Shown: piece by piece, positions 19,454-30,355 of the stretch | Layout: each line of letters starts with the position of its first letter | How positions within the stretch are numbered: position 1 is the stretch's first letter | From: Longimicrobiales bacterium | Lineage (GTDB): Bacteria > Gemmatimonadota > Gemmatimonadetes > Longimicrobiales > Gaopeijiaceae | Length of the DNA stretch: 64,000 nt | Assembly: GCA_965219445.1 (NCBI GenBank) | Contig: CBDCNQ010000005.1 | Span: 928,001 to 992,000 of the forward strand | Direction of reading: 5' to 3' | Notes under the pieces: generated by a model | Told to the model about the DNA's origin: nothing | What the model saw: the letters and a program-made list of their open reading frames with translations, nothing else | Database searches by the model: none | Translations under genes and position numbers: made by a program

Positions 19454-19639
19454 TGATCCTCCCGGGTGATTACGGAAGGTCAATCCATCGCCCTCTCTGT
19501 GTCTACTTTTAGGGGTTCACTCCAATGCCGAGCCAAAGATCGCTAGCTTCTGAACACCGTGCGGCCGTCAGAACGCGGCTAGTTCCGTCTTTGGGATTGA
19601 GAGTAGCGGATTCATGACCGAAACATCCGGCTTGTATCG

Positions 19640-20098
19640 ATGGTCTCGGTCCCGTTCTATTCGGCCGACCGCCAGCGGGTCCTGATCCCGCGCGGCACGC
19701 GCGTCGTCGGCACGGCCCGGGCCGTTCAGGACCCGGACCAGAGCCGGCTCGCCGTCGCGTTCCACCGGCTGCTGCTCCCCGACGGCAGCTGGATCGACCT
19801 CGAGTTCACCGGCCTGAACCAGGCGGGCGAGGGCGCGCTTCGGGACCAAGTCGATCGCCACTACTCCAGCACGTTCGCGGCGGCCGGAGCCGTCGGCGTC
19901 GTAAGCGGACTCGCCCTGGCCGGCGGTTCGCCGTTCGGCCTGAGGACGGGCGTCGGCCAAGGCCTCGGCCAGAGCGCGACCTCGGTTCTCGACCGGTTCC
20001 TGAACCGGCTACCCACGATCACGATCCGCGCCGGCCATCGCCTGCGCATCTGGTTCACCTCCGATGTCCTGGTCCCCAGGTCCGGGACACGGCAATGA
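19640..20098 (+). pseudogene. virB10: virB10 3' fragment
   Basis: Almost identical to the last 152 aa of 6995..8263. Confidence 0.9.
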
Positions 20099-21024
20099 CA
20101 AACAAGGAGCTCATCATGCGTCACCGCAGCCTTACCACCGTCCTCTTGGTCTCGGTCCTGATGCTCGCGAGCGCTGGGCCGGCCAACGCCCTCTTCGACA
20201 TCGGCGGCGTGATTCAGCGTGCCCAGATGATCGCGAACCAAGTGACCCAGCTTGCGAACCAGCTCAGCCAGATGCGGACGATGACCCGCCAGCTCACCGA
20301 GCTCGAGGAGCAGCTCGACCACATGAAGGACGTCGCGCGCGGCGAGGTGGACGCTTTGGTCGAACCGTTCGCGGAGCTCGCGGCCGGATCCATCGGCCTC
20401 GTCGGCAACGACCTCGACTGGGGCTCCGAGTTCAGCGGAGCGGCCGGCGAGCTGGTCGACGCGGTGCGTGACATGGGGAGCGGAAGCTCGTTCACCGACG
20501 TCTGGCGGAGCGCCCAAGGGGTGGCCGACCAGGTGAGCGAGGCGGACATCCTCGAGCTGTTCCGTAACCGCCCGGCCGAGGCGTCGTCGCGCGCGGTGGA
20601 GGACTACCGCCAGGCCAAGGAGACCGCCGACCGGCAGAGGGTGCTCGACTACGCGATGATGGACGCCGCGGCCTCGCTCGCATCGACCGTCGAGAGCGCG
20701 CAGGACTCGTTCGACGACCTGACCGCGAACGGCAACCTGTCAGCCACGGCACTCCAGCAGGCGCAGGTCGCGGCCGCGCTGACCCAGGGCCGGATCAACG
20801 CCGCCGTGGCGCAGGTGCTCGCCTATCAGGCCGTCGAGCAGGCGAACCGGATGCAGCAGGCCGAGATCGGCCGGCTCGAGCGGCTCGCCGAGTGGAGGGA
20901 CGCGCGCCTCCGTACGAACGCGATGGCCGATGCGATGCGCACGGCCGCGTTCCAGAACCGCGACCGGCTCCGGGAAGGGCTCCTGTTCAAGGTCCCGTCG
21001 TTCTACATGGGCGGCCAAGTTTAG
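20095..21024 (+). CDS. VirB5/TrbJ-like protein, copy 2
   Basis: Only a few substitutions versus 6069..6998. Confidence 0.7.
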   Translation: MTNKELIMRHRSLTTVLLVSVLMLASAGPANALFDIGGVIQRAQMIANQVTQLANQLSQMRTMTRQLTELEEQLDHMKDVARGEVDALVEPFAELAAGSIGLVGNDLDWGSEFSGAAGELVDAVRDMGSGSSFTDVWRSAQGVADQVSEADILELFRNRPAEASSRAVEDYRQAKETADRQRVLDYAMMDAAASLASTVESAQDSFDDLTANGNLSATALQQAQVAAALTQGRINAAVAQVLAYQAVEQANRMQQAEIGRLERLAEWRDARLRTNAMADAMRTAAFQNRDRLREGLLFKVPSFYMGGQV

Positions 21025-21042
21025 GCGCGGGGAGCGACTGTC

Positions 21043-22053
21043 ATGCAACTCCTGCCACCGCAGTCGATCGATCCGAACGTCCCGGCCCAGATCCCCGCCG
21101 ATCAGCTCCAGGACTTCAAGGGGTTCCTGGATGTCGTGCTCGATACGGTGGTCGGCGGCGCCGCGCCCGACGTGCTGACGCTCGGCCACCAGCTCTGGGG
21201 CGGTCTCGCGGCGATCGTCGTCGCGTGGAGTGGGCTCAAGATCGCGTACAGCGGCACGCTAGAACCGTGGGCGCTCGTGCGTGTCGTGCTCGGGATCGCG
21301 ATCCCCCGGACGCTGCTCCATTACTACAGCGTCCCGATCCCGGGCGTGGGCTTCACGTTTCCGGCCATGGTCGCGGCCGGAGGGATCTGGCTCCAGAACC
21401 TGTTCATCTCCGATGTCGTGTCCGTCGGCTACACGGAGATGACCGCGCTGGTGCAGGCGTTCGCCGCACGGCTCGGCGCGGCATGGTCCGGCGGGAGCCT
21501 GATGACCCTCATGACCGAGGGCGTGAGCGTGTTCTTCTCGTCCCTCGTCGCGCTGATGATGGGCGTGCCGCTCGTGCTCGGCCTCGTCGCGCTCTTCTGC
21601 CTGACCTACGCGCAGGTGATCTGGGCGCAGGTGGCGCTCGCGATCGTGATCCTGCTCGGCCCCGTGTTCATCCCCTGGCTGCTGTTCGAGCCGCTCGCGT
21701 TCCTGTTCTGGGGATGGTTCCGCACGCTCATGGTCTACACGCTCTACGGCGTCGTGGCAGGAGCCATCCTGAGGGTCTTCATGGGCGTGGGCATGGGCTA
21801 CGTCACGACCTATACCGGCGCCTTGATGGGCACTGGCTCCTCCGACCCGGCCGAGCTAGGGCTGTGGGTAGTCGTCCTCCTCCCGCTCGTCGTCTCCGGC
21901 CTGATGGCCGGCATGAAGGTGGGCGAACTCGCCGCGATGCTCGTCTCCGGGTCCGGATCCGTCGGGTCGGGATTCATGGCGCTCGTGGTGCGCGGAGGCG
22001 GGCGCCTCAGCGCTGCCGCGAATCCGGCCCGCCCCCCAATCCCCGGAGGCTGA
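21043..22053 (+). CDS. virB6: VirB6/TrbL, copy 2
   Basis: Near identical to 5040..6050. Confidence 0.85.
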   Translation: MQLLPPQSIDPNVPAQIPADQLQDFKGFLDVVLDTVVGGAAPDVLTLGHQLWGGLAAIVVAWSGLKIAYSGTLEPWALVRVVLGIAIPRTLLHYYSVPIPGVGFTFPAMVAAGGIWLQNLFISDVVSVGYTEMTALVQAFAARLGAAWSGGSLMTLMTEGVSVFFSSLVALMMGVPLVLGLVALFCLTYAQVIWAQVALAIVILLGPVFIPWLLFEPLAFLFWGWFRTLMVYTLYGVVAGAILRVFMGVGMGYVTTYTGALMGTGSSDPAELGLWVVVLLPLVVSGLMAGMKVGELAAMLVSGSGSVGSGFMALVVRGGGRLSAAANPARPPIPGG

Positions 22054-22064
22054 AGGAGACGTCC

Positions 22065-22733
22065 ATGAACCGAGAACACGATGCCGGCCGCGAGTACGCG
22101 GAGATCTGGGGCGAGACCGTCGAGGCGAACCGGAAGCTCCGGACGCTGGCGATGATCCTTGCCGCCACATGCCTCACGCTCGGCGTGCTCCTGCTCCGCA
22201 TCGCGACCGTCGAGCCGCCCCGCCCGATCGTCGTACGGGTCGACGAGGTCGGCCGCGCCGAGGCCGTGGCCTACGAGGCCGCAACGGCGCAGGCGGATCC
22301 GCTCGATCCCACGACCAAGTACTTCCTCAACCGGTTCATCTCCGACTTCTACTCCAGGCGCCAGGCGACGGTCGAGGAGCACTGGACGCGGAGCCTCCGG
22401 TTCCTCTCGACCGAGCTGGCGAACGCCGCGTTCACGCGCGACGGCGCCGAGGTCGCCGCCATGGCGGCCGGCACCTCCGACACCGAGCACCAGGTCGAGC
22501 AGGTCGTGCTCCGCATCCACCCCGCACCGGAGGCGCCGCACGGCGCGACCGCCGATTTCGATCTGGTCCACCTCAGGCAGGGGCAGGAGACCCGGCGCGA
22601 GCGCTGGTCGCTCACGCTCCGGTTCACCTTCCTCACCGTCATCCCCTCCGAGCTCGTCGTCTACAACCCGATGGGCATCCTGATCACCTACCTCCAGGCC
22701 GACCGTGCCCTGGTCACGGAAGCCCCGCGATGA
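22065..22733 (+). CDS. virB8: VirB8/TrbF
   Basis: Single TM, PIVVRVDEVG, C-terminal NPMGILIT. Confidence 0.85.
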   Translation: MNREHDAGREYAEIWGETVEANRKLRTLAMILAATCLTLGVLLLRIATVEPPRPIVVRVDEVGRAEAVAYEAATAQADPLDPTTKYFLNRFISDFYSRRQATVEEHWTRSLRFLSTELANAAFTRDGAEVAAMAAGTSDTEHQVEQVVLRIHPAPEAPHGATADFDLVHLRQGQETRRERWSLTLRFTFLTVIPSELVVYNPMGILITYLQADRALVTEAPR

Positions 22734-23212
22734 TCGCGCATCTCGCCGGGCGAGAGAGGGCGCTCGAGCCGTTCGGCTGGACGGGACGCCAGGCCGAATG
22801 GATCGCGCTCGTCTGTCTCCACAGCGGCGTGTTCACCCGAGACCAGATCTCCGACTGGCTCGGGATCCACCGCCGCACCGCGCGCCGGTTCATCCGGGAC
22901 ATTTTGGACCAGAGGCTGGCGGCCATGGACAGGCTTGCGGGCCGGAGGGTCTGCCGGATCTCCGCGCGCGCAGTCTATCGGGCGCTCGGAGCCGAGGATA
23001 TCCGCCACCGCCGGATCGCGTCGGCCGAGGTGCTCGTTCGCCGCCTGCTCTCGCTCGACTACGTGATCGGGCACACCGGCCTGCCGTGGCTGCCCACCGA
23101 ACCGGAGAAGGTCGGCGCGTTCGAGGCGCTCGGCATCGAGCGCAGCATCCTGCCCGTCCGGGTGTACCGGGGCGCCGCAGGCGAGACGCGGCGCTACTTC
23201 CCGCTCAAGTAG
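22730..23212 (+). pseudogene. N-terminal half of T4SS-linked wHTH protein, split by an integrative element
   Basis: ATGA-coupled to virB8; ends RRYFPLK*; frame resumes FPLKLPVALD at 35710. Confidence 0.85.
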
Positions 23213-23397
23213 CGTAGTATGATCGTCCATTTCATCCCATGCTGTCCCATAGTGTGCCATAACTCATGTTATATCAATGTTATAGATCACGTACGGGCCG
23301 TGTTCACAGACTCCCTCTTGTGCTGATTTGTACCATAGTGTACCGTTGTATATCTGTCGAAAAGTGATACATATGAGAACACACCACGGGATGGTAC

Positions 23398-24582
23398 ATG
23401 CGTAAACGACCGCTTACGGCTGCCTTCGTGGCAAGGGTGAAGACGCCGGGACGCTACGGCGACGGGGGGCACGGCGGGCTCGGGCTGTACCTCCGCGTCC
23501 ACCGAATGAAGTCCGGGCGCGTCTCCAGGTCCTGGGGTCAGCGGATTCGAGTGGGAGGGAAGCCCACCAATCTCGGACTGGGCCCGTACCCGGTCGTGAC
23601 GCTCAAGGAGGCGAGAGAGAAGGCGCTGGAGAACAGGCGGTCGATCCATTGGGGCCACGACCCGAGAGCCGCGAGGGTTCCCACCTTCGAGGCGGCCGTC
23701 GAGAAGGTGATGGCGATCCACTCGCCGACCTGGAAAAACCCCTCCTGCATCGCCGGGCAGTGGCGGCAGACGCTGCGGGATTACGCATATCCGCGCATCG
23801 GCCGGAAGCGCGTGAACGAGGTCGCGACGGGCGACGTGCTCGACATCCTCAAGCCCATCTGGTCGAGCAAGCCCGCAGCGGCGAGGGTCGTACGTCAGCG
23901 GATCGGCGTGGTGATGAAGTGGGCCGTCGCGAAGGGCTACCGGTCGGACAACCCGGCGGGTGACGCCATCGCCGCCGCGCTACCGCGCAACGGCAATGCC
24001 ACCAGACATCACCAGGCGCTCCCGCACGGCGAGGTGTCGGCAGCTCTGGTCAAGGTCCGCAACTCGGGGTCCCATGCCGGTGTCCGGCTGGCGCTCGAGT
24101 TCATGGTCCTGACCGCGACACGCTCGAACGAGGTCCGGGGCGCGGCGTGGGACGAGGTCGAGCACGATGTCTGGACCATTCCCGCCAGCCGCATGAAGGC
24201 GAAGCGCGCTCACCGGGTTCCCCTGTCGAGGCGGGCCCTGGAGATCCTTGAGGAAGCCCGGAAGCGCCACGACGACGGCGGGATCGTCTTCCGGGGCGCG
24301 AAGGGAGGAGGCATCAACGCCTCGATGTTCAGCGGCTTGCTCCGGCATCTCGGCATCGAGGGAACGCCTCACGGGATGAGGTCCTCGTTCCGCGACTGGT
24401 GTTCCGAGACGGGTGTGGCTCGCGAGGTAGCCGAAGCGGCGCTGGCCCACGTCGTGAAGAACAGGGTCGAGGCCGCGTACGCCCGCTCGGACCTGCTGGA
24501 CCGGAGGCGCGAGGTCGTGGAGGCCTGGGCCGACTATCTCGCCAGCGAACGTCGAGACCCGGAGGCCGAACCGATCCGTTGA
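23398..24582 (+). CDS. P4-like tyrosine integrase with arm-binding domain
   Basis: PGRYGDG, GLYLRV, GLGPYPVVTLKEARE, TATRSNE, RMK, HGMRSSFRDW, ALAH, AYARSD. Confidence 0.95.
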   Translation: MRKRPLTAAFVARVKTPGRYGDGGHGGLGLYLRVHRMKSGRVSRSWGQRIRVGGKPTNLGLGPYPVVTLKEAREKALENRRSIHWGHDPRAARVPTFEAAVEKVMAIHSPTWKNPSCIAGQWRQTLRDYAYPRIGRKRVNEVATGDVLDILKPIWSSKPAAARVVRQRIGVVMKWAVAKGYRSDNPAGDAIAAALPRNGNATRHHQALPHGEVSAALVKVRNSGSHAGVRLALEFMVLTATRSNEVRGAAWDEVEHDVWTIPASRMKAKRAHRVPLSRRALEILEEARKRHDDGGIVFRGAKGGGINASMFSGLLRHLGIEGTPHGMRSSFRDWCSETGVAREVAEAALAHVVKNRVEAAYARSDLLDRRREVVEAWADYLASERRDPEAEPIR

Positions 24583-24589
24583 GGCGCTG

Positions 24590-24690
24590 GCTCATGACCC
24601 GTTACCTGTCATGAGCTGAGCTACGCAATGTGCAATATTGGGGCTGGCGAGGGGTGACTCCGCCCCCTTCGACCCCCCGGAGGCCCACGC
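24590..24690. other. Hairpin and degenerate oriT-like region
   Basis: GCTCATGAC/GTCATGAGC IR (24590-24616); ACGCAATGT..ATTG..GGCGAGGGG..CCCCTTCGA matches reverse complement of 38695-38755. Confidence 0.5.
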
Positions 24691-24747
24691 TGCGGCGGCG
24701 TTCGCGGGCGGGGGCTCGGCCCCCTTTCCCCTTGCCGGCGCGTCCTG

Positions 24748-24980
24748 ATGGTTGATCGCCGCACCGTCACCGCCGCCGCCCGCGTATCACCGGCATAACT
24801 CGCCGCCTGGCGGGCCAAGGCCGCTGCCGCTGGCGTGTCGCTCTCGGCGCTGCTACGGGACGGGCAGGCCATGGCGCGCACGCGGACGTGGACCGCACCG
24901 GCAGCCGCGGCGGAGCGAGAGCGCACCCGGCAGATCGCGCGCATCGGCAACAACCTCAACCAGACCGCCCGCTGGGCCAT
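24748..24980 (+). pseudogene. mobC: mobC remnant
   Basis: IARIGNNLNQ motif; internal TAA; truncated. Confidence 0.75.
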
Positions 24981-25155
24981 CGGACGCTTGGTGGCGCGAA
25001 TCAAGGCAAGGAATCTTCTAAAGTCAACCAGGACTGCACGATCTGCGTTTCTTGCCGTTGGGCCGTGACGGGTTCCACCGTGCGCGAATTGCGGGACAAT
25101 CGCCATCAAGTGGCGGGAATTCGACTCGCTCCCGTTCCGGTAAGGGCCACCTACA

Positions 25156-26493
25156 TTAGCCTTGCTCGTACTGGATCTCGAATTTACCAAGGGTGTCGTC
25201 AGCGAAGGCCATTCCCCCGGCGTTGCACAGGTCGTGTTCAAGCATAGACAACAGTGCTCCGGCGTCCGAAACGTCATCTAACGCGTATCTTGGCATCGCA
25301 GTCACGCCGTGCGAGAGCTCTCCCGCCAAGTGGCCTCGCCTAACGGCACTCGCGCCCCAGCCGTTATTCGATCTCGGCAACACAAAGACCTTCTCGCCTG
25401 TGACGTGCATGGCTACCTGCACGGCATACTCTGCTCTCCCAGCATCAGCGTAACGCCGGAGCGTGTCAGCCCAGCAGATCACGTTTGCAAGCTCTCGAAC
25501 GGCGTAATCCGAATACAGCAGCTCATTGTTCACGCCCTCCATCACAGACAACCAGCCGAACTCCACTAGTCCATCGCAATGGAGCTCGAGGTAGCCTTGG
25601 TACGTGAAGTCTGGCAGGTCGTCGTGTTGTGGGCGACTTCTTGCTGCGCGAAGCTGAGGGTTCCACCCAGTGTCGCCAACGTGATGGAAGTCTCGTAGAC
25701 CGGCAACGATGGCGGGTTCGCTATCCGGCAACTGTCGTGTGACGGTGACGCTTGGCGTATTGAGCCCTTCAACGAGTTTGAAGTACGGACGACATATCGT
25801 CGCGAGACGGATGTCGTCGCCGACAGGTACAGCCGTGATGCGTATTCCGTAAGCATTGTCCGGTGACGTGAGCCGCTCGAACTCGTGGTCAAACTTTGCT
25901 GCTCGCTCTCGCAGCTTCTTGTCTAGCCGCTCAAGGCCCCGTGTTACGTTCAGCGTCATGTCTTGAACTTCACGCATCGACAGTTCCTCGCTTCGGTCCC
26001 ACCGACGGACGGGACATATCCACGTGCCCTTGATACGATGCGGCGCGAGCCGTGAGCCGCCAGGGACCCTAAACACTACGACTCCGGCATCCGTTCCGCT
26101 GGTGACCACTGGGAGGATTTCACACGACGGTAGTTGCGGCTCCACGCGGTCGCGGAAGATGAGCCGGAAGCGTTCAGCCAACTCCTGACATTTCGGAATC
26201 GCGCAGATTCCCTTGGCCACGGGAGGCGTCGCGTTCTTATCCTCCTCAATGCCCAAGACGAGCACACCACCGTATGCGTTGGCGAAAGAGACTACCTCCT
26301 TGAGGATCTGGTCTTTGGCGTGACCGCCGATCTTCATCTGACCAATCATCCACGGATCTCGGTTGCTCGTCCCTTTCGCAGGCAGCTCCCTCTTGAACTC
26401 TATTTGGTCACCCTCGGGAACGCGCGAAGTCACCAGTGATCTGATATCAGCGGCGGTGATCTGGTCGATGGGCTTGGATAGTATGGCGGTCAT
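25156..26493 (-). CDS. Schlafen/AlbA_2-domain protein
   Basis: EGDQIEFKRE, VVSFANAYGGVLVLGIEE; lower GC than flanks. Confidence 0.85.
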   Translation of the reverse strand: MTAILSKPIDQITAADIRSLVTSRVPEGDQIEFKRELPAKGTSNRDPWMIGQMKIGGHAKDQILKEVVSFANAYGGVLVLGIEEDKNATPPVAKGICAIPKCQELAERFRLIFRDRVEPQLPSCEILPVVTSGTDAGVVVFRVPGGSRLAPHRIKGTWICPVRRWDRSEELSMREVQDMTLNVTRGLERLDKKLRERAAKFDHEFERLTSPDNAYGIRITAVPVGDDIRLATICRPYFKLVEGLNTPSVTVTRQLPDSEPAIVAGLRDFHHVGDTGWNPQLRAARSRPQHDDLPDFTYQGYLELHCDGLVEFGWLSVMEGVNNELLYSDYAVRELANVICWADTLRRYADAGRAEYAVQVAMHVTGEKVFVLPRSNNGWGASAVRRGHLAGELSHGVTAMPRYALDDVSDAGALLSMLEHDLCNAGGMAFADDTLGKFEIQYEQG

Positions 26494-26563
26494 TTCTCGA
26501 TAACCTGCTCTGTTGAAGAGTGTGTCGGCGGCGTCCCAAGTATCCGTGGCAACCGGTCCCGTG

Positions 26564-26750
26564 TCATACCGCCCAGCCAGCCGACAGAACCTCTGCCTGT
26601 TCGAGCACCGTCCGCGTCGCCTTCTCCTGTTTGTCGGGCGGGTAGCCGTCCTGGCGAAGGATACCTTTGACCAGCCGACGCAGGTTGGCGCGGACGTTCT
26701 CGCGTAGCGTCCGCCCGATCCTGACGTTGTTCCGCACGGTCTCGACCAAC
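26564..26750 (-). pseudogene. Type I HsdR C-terminal remnant
   Basis: [38 protein letters not shown] (DUF3387-like). Confidence 0.75.
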
Positions 26751-26781
26751 GTTGAATCCCGTTGCACGCCACCTGAACCTC

Positions 26782-29700
26782 CTAATGCGCAGCGGAGCAA
26801 GGCCTCAGGAGCAGGGCGGCGATCCGCCGCGCGGTGTCGGCGAAGTGCTGAACTTCCTCGGCCCGAAGGTTCCGGCCGAGAACTTTACGCTCGCGGTAGG
26901 ACAGCCACTTCTTGAGGATCTGGTAGCCACCGAGCCTGTAGTCCCAGACCGCGGCGGGGATGTTGCGCCAGAATGCCTCCCCGTTGAGGTAGACATCGAA
27001 GGTCTTGTCGCCGAGAACCGGCAACGCGTCCAACATGGCCGTAGTTTCCTCCGGTGTGTAGGCTCGTTCCTCAGCGCGGCCTCGGCCGGGCATCACAGCG
27101 TCGCCCGACCCGTAGTGCCCCCAGCCGACGGTGACGACGAAATCGGCGCCCGCCATGTTGCGTCCCCCGACGGTACACGGAACAGCGATAGCGGCGGCGG
27201 CGGGACGCAGCGGGGTTCGAGTGACGCCGGGCACCGGCATTTCTGGATCGAGTAGAGCGGCTAGCTCGCGCCCATGTGTCGCCGACCGGGCGAGCGCCTC
27301 AGCTGCTCCTTCAGCCTCGCCGTCTGGCCAGCCGGGCAGCGGGATGCGCGGCCATCCCATGCGCAGCGCCCCAGCGTTGGTTGCACGGTAGCTGGGATCG
27401 TGCACGACGGAGATGACATGGTAGAACAGGTCTTCGACGCCAAGCTCCAGACGGTCGAGATAGCGCTGCGCCTTCCCGGAGAGATTGGCATGGCGCCCGG
27501 CGCCGGTACCGTCCCCATGGCCTTCGTCACGAAGCCAGGCCGGAAACATCAGCGCGCCACGCTCGATTAGGTGCCGAGTACCGATGTGTCGCGTGAACCA
27601 CGTTTGCGGTTGCTCCGCCCCTTTCCGCAGATGTTGGGCGGCGGACAGCCACATGTTCCCGTCGAACACATGCGGCCTGTAGTCGGCGCGTGGACGATCA
27701 AGCAGAAGGCCATCCTCCTCCCAATAGAGCCAGCGGTTGTCGAATGGTCGGTACGCGAAGCGGATGAATCCAGATTCATCTGGTCCGCCGCGTCTCAGCA
27801 GCGCGTCACGCACTGCGGGGGCATCGAAGCGCGCCGTGGACTTCATGACCCTCGGATAACGCCGTGCGATTTCCTCATGGCTCAACGCGGCGTCGAAGTA
27901 GTCGCCTACACGCGCTTGGAGCCGGTCAAGATCAGTGTCCACGAGGAATTGATCGCGACAAGTCTGAACGCCGGGAAACGAGACCGGGAACAGATCGGGC
28001 AACGAGGGCCAGTCGAACCAGTCGGCGCTCACCGCCGTTGGCTTGAACGGCAAGCCCAAGGGAAGATTGGGCTCCAATGTTGAGTAGCCCGCATCAATGG
28101 CGCCTGCGTCGATACTCTGCAACAGTGCTCGCCGTCTCTCGTCAGCTCTTGCCTGATGGAAGTCACGATACCGAACATGCCGACGCGGCGGGGTATCGGT
28201 GCCGGTTCCCGACCTGGAAAGCAGCGCGATGCTAGTTCCGATCTTGATACCTGACGATTGGCCTCGAAGCGCGAAGACCGTTTCACTGGTTCGTCCGTCC
28301 GGAGCATATTCTGATATGATGCGGTCGCCGTGAAGGTTGTCGATCCGGATCGCATCGAACGCTTCGAGAAAACGCTCGCGCATTCCTGTGAAAGACAGCC
28401 CATCGAGCCACGAATAGTTGGAGATGAAGCAAACAACACCCCGGCCGGTCTCCTCGACAATACGCCGCTCCGCCATGCGGAAGAAGCGAACGTAGAGATC
28501 GTTCAGGCCCTGGCCTTCGGGCCGGCGCACGCGCCTCGTCGTGCGATAGGCTTCCGAGAGCTCACGCTCCTCGTCCACTGCCATGCCGGCGAAGCCGTTG
28601 TAGGGTGGGTTACCGAGGATCACCAGAATCGGGGTTTCCTGCTTCACCCGATCCGCCCGGTCACGTTCCTCTTCAAGCTCCGGGAAGGGCAGCGGCTTGG
28701 TAACCCGTGGCTCCCAGCCGGTGAGCGCATTGGTGAGGAACACGCCGGCACGCTCGGTTCCATCATCCGCCAGCGGCGCGTCGAGGTTCTGCATGGTCAG
28801 GCCGACCTGCAAATGCGCGACGACGAACGGAGCGGGCATGATTTCGAACCCGAACACGCGCTCCGTTGCTGCTTTCCTCACCGCCTCGCCCGCGAGCGCG
28901 CCGAGCCCCTGTTCCTCGAGGTTGGCGGTGATGCGGCGGAGCACTTCCGCCAGATAGGCCCCGGTGCCGCAGCACGGGTCCAGCACATAGACGTTTTCTG
29001 CTGCAAGCCCGTCCGGAATGTCGAGATCGTCCTTCAGCGCCCTGTCCACGCGGGCCACCATGTAGCGGACCACTTCCGTTGGCGTGTACCAGACGCCCAG
29101 TTCCTTGCGCAGTGCGGGGTCGAAAGCTTCGAGGAACGGCTCGTAGAAGTACTGCACCGCCTCGCCCTCGTCGAACCGCGAGAAGAACGTGGCCCGGTCC
29201 ACACGGTCAAGGGCCGCCGATGTCCAGTCCAAGACCTCGACGAGGCGAAGCGGCTTCAGTTGGCCGGGATTGGACAGTTGCAAGAACAGGGCGCGAAGCA
29301 CCGGTGCCCGCAGGTGCCACACCGCGTCGCGCCATCTGAACCGTTGCGTACTGTAGCCGCCCTCGAACAGCGGGCCGTCGGTCTTCTGCTCGTGGCGCGA
29401 CCACAGCACCCATGCGGAGAAGACGCCGTAGAACAGCGTCTGGATCAGGGTCGAACGGAAGAAGCGCTCTCCCCGCTCCCCCTCGAACTGAATCCCGAGC
29501 GCTTCCTCCAGCGCTGACCGGACGGTTACGAGCGACGGCGCGTTTCCCGCCACCTCGACACGGGCCAAGCCGTCGCGGGCATAAGAAGCGAGAAGCCACG
29601 CCAAATCCTTCGGCTCGGCCAAGGCGGCCCGGTGCGAGAGTGCACGAGAAAGGTACTCGCCGAGGCCAGCGCCGACTTCGCGGGCGAAGGCGCGGGGCTT

Positions 29701-30180
29701 CTCCACCTTGTTCCAGAAGTCGTCCGCATCCTCCGCCAGCCGAAGGGTTTCGAGCTTGGCCGGACTGCCCGTCCCGTCCGTGCCCACCAGAACGAAGTCT
29801 CGCAGGTTCGTTACAAGCACCAGCCGGTAGCGGCCCCAGTAGCGGCTCACCTGCTTCGACTTCGTGGTGAGCCACGCATCGTCCACCACGCCCTTCACCT
29901 CGACGACCCCACGCTCCGGGACCTGTCCCTCCCGTGGCCGGCCCTTCTGGACCTGACTCGCCGTGTAGAGGGCAAAATCGGGATGACCGGCACCCTGATC
30001 CGCTCCCTCAAGAACGCAGAAGACCTTGGGCTTGAGCCCGCGCCCGACCGCTGTGAGGAGGTTCGCCAGCGCCGGATAGTAGGAGCGCTCCCCGGTCCCG
30101 CCGCCCGATGCGCGCACCCGGCGAAGATCGGCGAAATACGCTTCCGCCGCCGCGATCAGCTTCCTACTTGGTCCGGTCAT
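26782..30180 (-). CDS. Single-polypeptide R-M enzyme (nuclease + N6-adenine MTase + Type ISP-like TRD), copy 1
   Basis: HPDF...[41 protein letters not shown]; no helicase motifs. Confidence 0.9.
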   Translation of the reverse strand: MTGPSRKLIAAAEAYFADLRRVRASGGGTGERSYYPALANLLTAVGRGLKPKVFCVLEGADQGAGHPDFALYTASQVQKGRPREGQVPERGVVEVKGVVDDAWLTTKSKQVSRYWGRYRLVLVTNLRDFVLVGTDGTGSPAKLETLRLAEDADDFWNKVEKPRAFAREVGAGLGEYLSRALSHRAALAEPKDLAWLLASYARDGLARVEVAGNAPSLVTVRSALEEALGIQFEGERGERFFRSTLIQTLFYGVFSAWVLWSRHEQKTDGPLFEGGYSTQRFRWRDAVWHLRAPVLRALFLQLSNPGQLKPLRLVEVLDWTSAALDRVDRATFFSRFDEGEAVQYFYEPFLEAFDPALRKELGVWYTPTEVVRYMVARVDRALKDDLDIPDGLAAENVYVLDPCCGTGAYLAEVLRRITANLEEQGLGALAGEAVRKAATERVFGFEIMPAPFVVAHLQVGLTMQNLDAPLADDGTERAGVFLTNALTGWEPRVTKPLPFPELEEERDRADRVKQETPILVILGNPPYNGFAGMAVDEERELSEAYRTTRRVRRPEGQGLNDLYVRFFRMAERRIVEETGRGVVCFISNYSWLDGLSFTGMRERFLEAFDAIRIDNLHGDRIISEYAPDGRTSETVFALRGQSSGIKIGTSIALLSRSGTGTDTPPRRHVRYRDFHQARADERRRALLQSIDAGAIDAGYSTLEPNLPLGLPFKPTAVSADWFDWPSLPDLFPVSFPGVQTCRDQFLVDTDLDRLQARVGDYFDAALSHEEIARRYPRVMKSTARFDAPAVRDALLRRGGPDESGFIRFAYRPFDNRWLYWEEDGLLLDRPRADYRPHVFDGNMWLSAAQHLRKGAEQPQTWFTRHIGTRHLIERGALMFPAWLRDEGHGDGTGAGRHANLSGKAQRYLDRLELGVEDLFYHVISVVHDPSYRATNAGALRMGWPRIPLPGWPDGEAEGAAEALARSATHGRELAALLDPEMPVPGVTRTPLRPAAAAIAVPCTVGGRNMAGADFVVTVGWGHYGSGDAVMPGRGRAEERAYTPEETTAMLDALPVLGDKTFDVYLNGEAFWRNIPAAVWDYRLGGYQILKKWLSYRERKVLGRNLRAEEVQHFADTARRIAALLLRPCSAAH

Positions 30181-30289
30181 CGTGCCTTCCTGGGTCTCGG
30201 ACACGCCACCCTCTCAAGGTCGCGATCTCCGGCGACTTCGGAAGATACCACGACGGACGGGTTCGCGGCGGTCGACCGGCATCGTCGAA

Positions 30290-30355
30290 ACTGAGCGCGC
30301 GGTAAGCCGGCTCGGTTGGATCGCAGGAGGGCTTCGATGTCGGCCGCAGGTTCGC
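30290..30355 (-). pseudogene. DUF5615 PIN 3' remnant
   Basis: DIEALLRS matches the C-terminus of 50177..50509; same position relative to the R-M gene. Confidence 0.45.

Larger units (their letters stand above)
16800..19524 (-). mobile_element. IS3-family element interrupted by IS256
   Basis: IRs TGGAGTGAACCCC...GACA at both ends; 3-bp TSD ATG (16797-16799, 19525-19527); A7G slippery site near 19183-19189. Confidence 0.92.
16640..19615 (-). pseudogene. Minimal nucleotidyltransferase (MntA-like) gene split by IS3
   Basis: Rejoining 19615-19525 with 16796-16640 gives MNPLLSIPKTELAAF*...AIFGSALRTDFGPDSDVDVLVEF; also an internal TGA. Confidence 0.8.
19640..22113. repeat. 2.47-kb inverted repeat, copy 2
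   Basis: Near-identical reverse complement of 4980..7453. Confidence 0.95.

Noticed and set aside
25156..26772. 538-aa version of the AlbA_2 protein
   Set aside because: The upstream part overlaps the hsdR remnant in another frame; the likely start is 26493.
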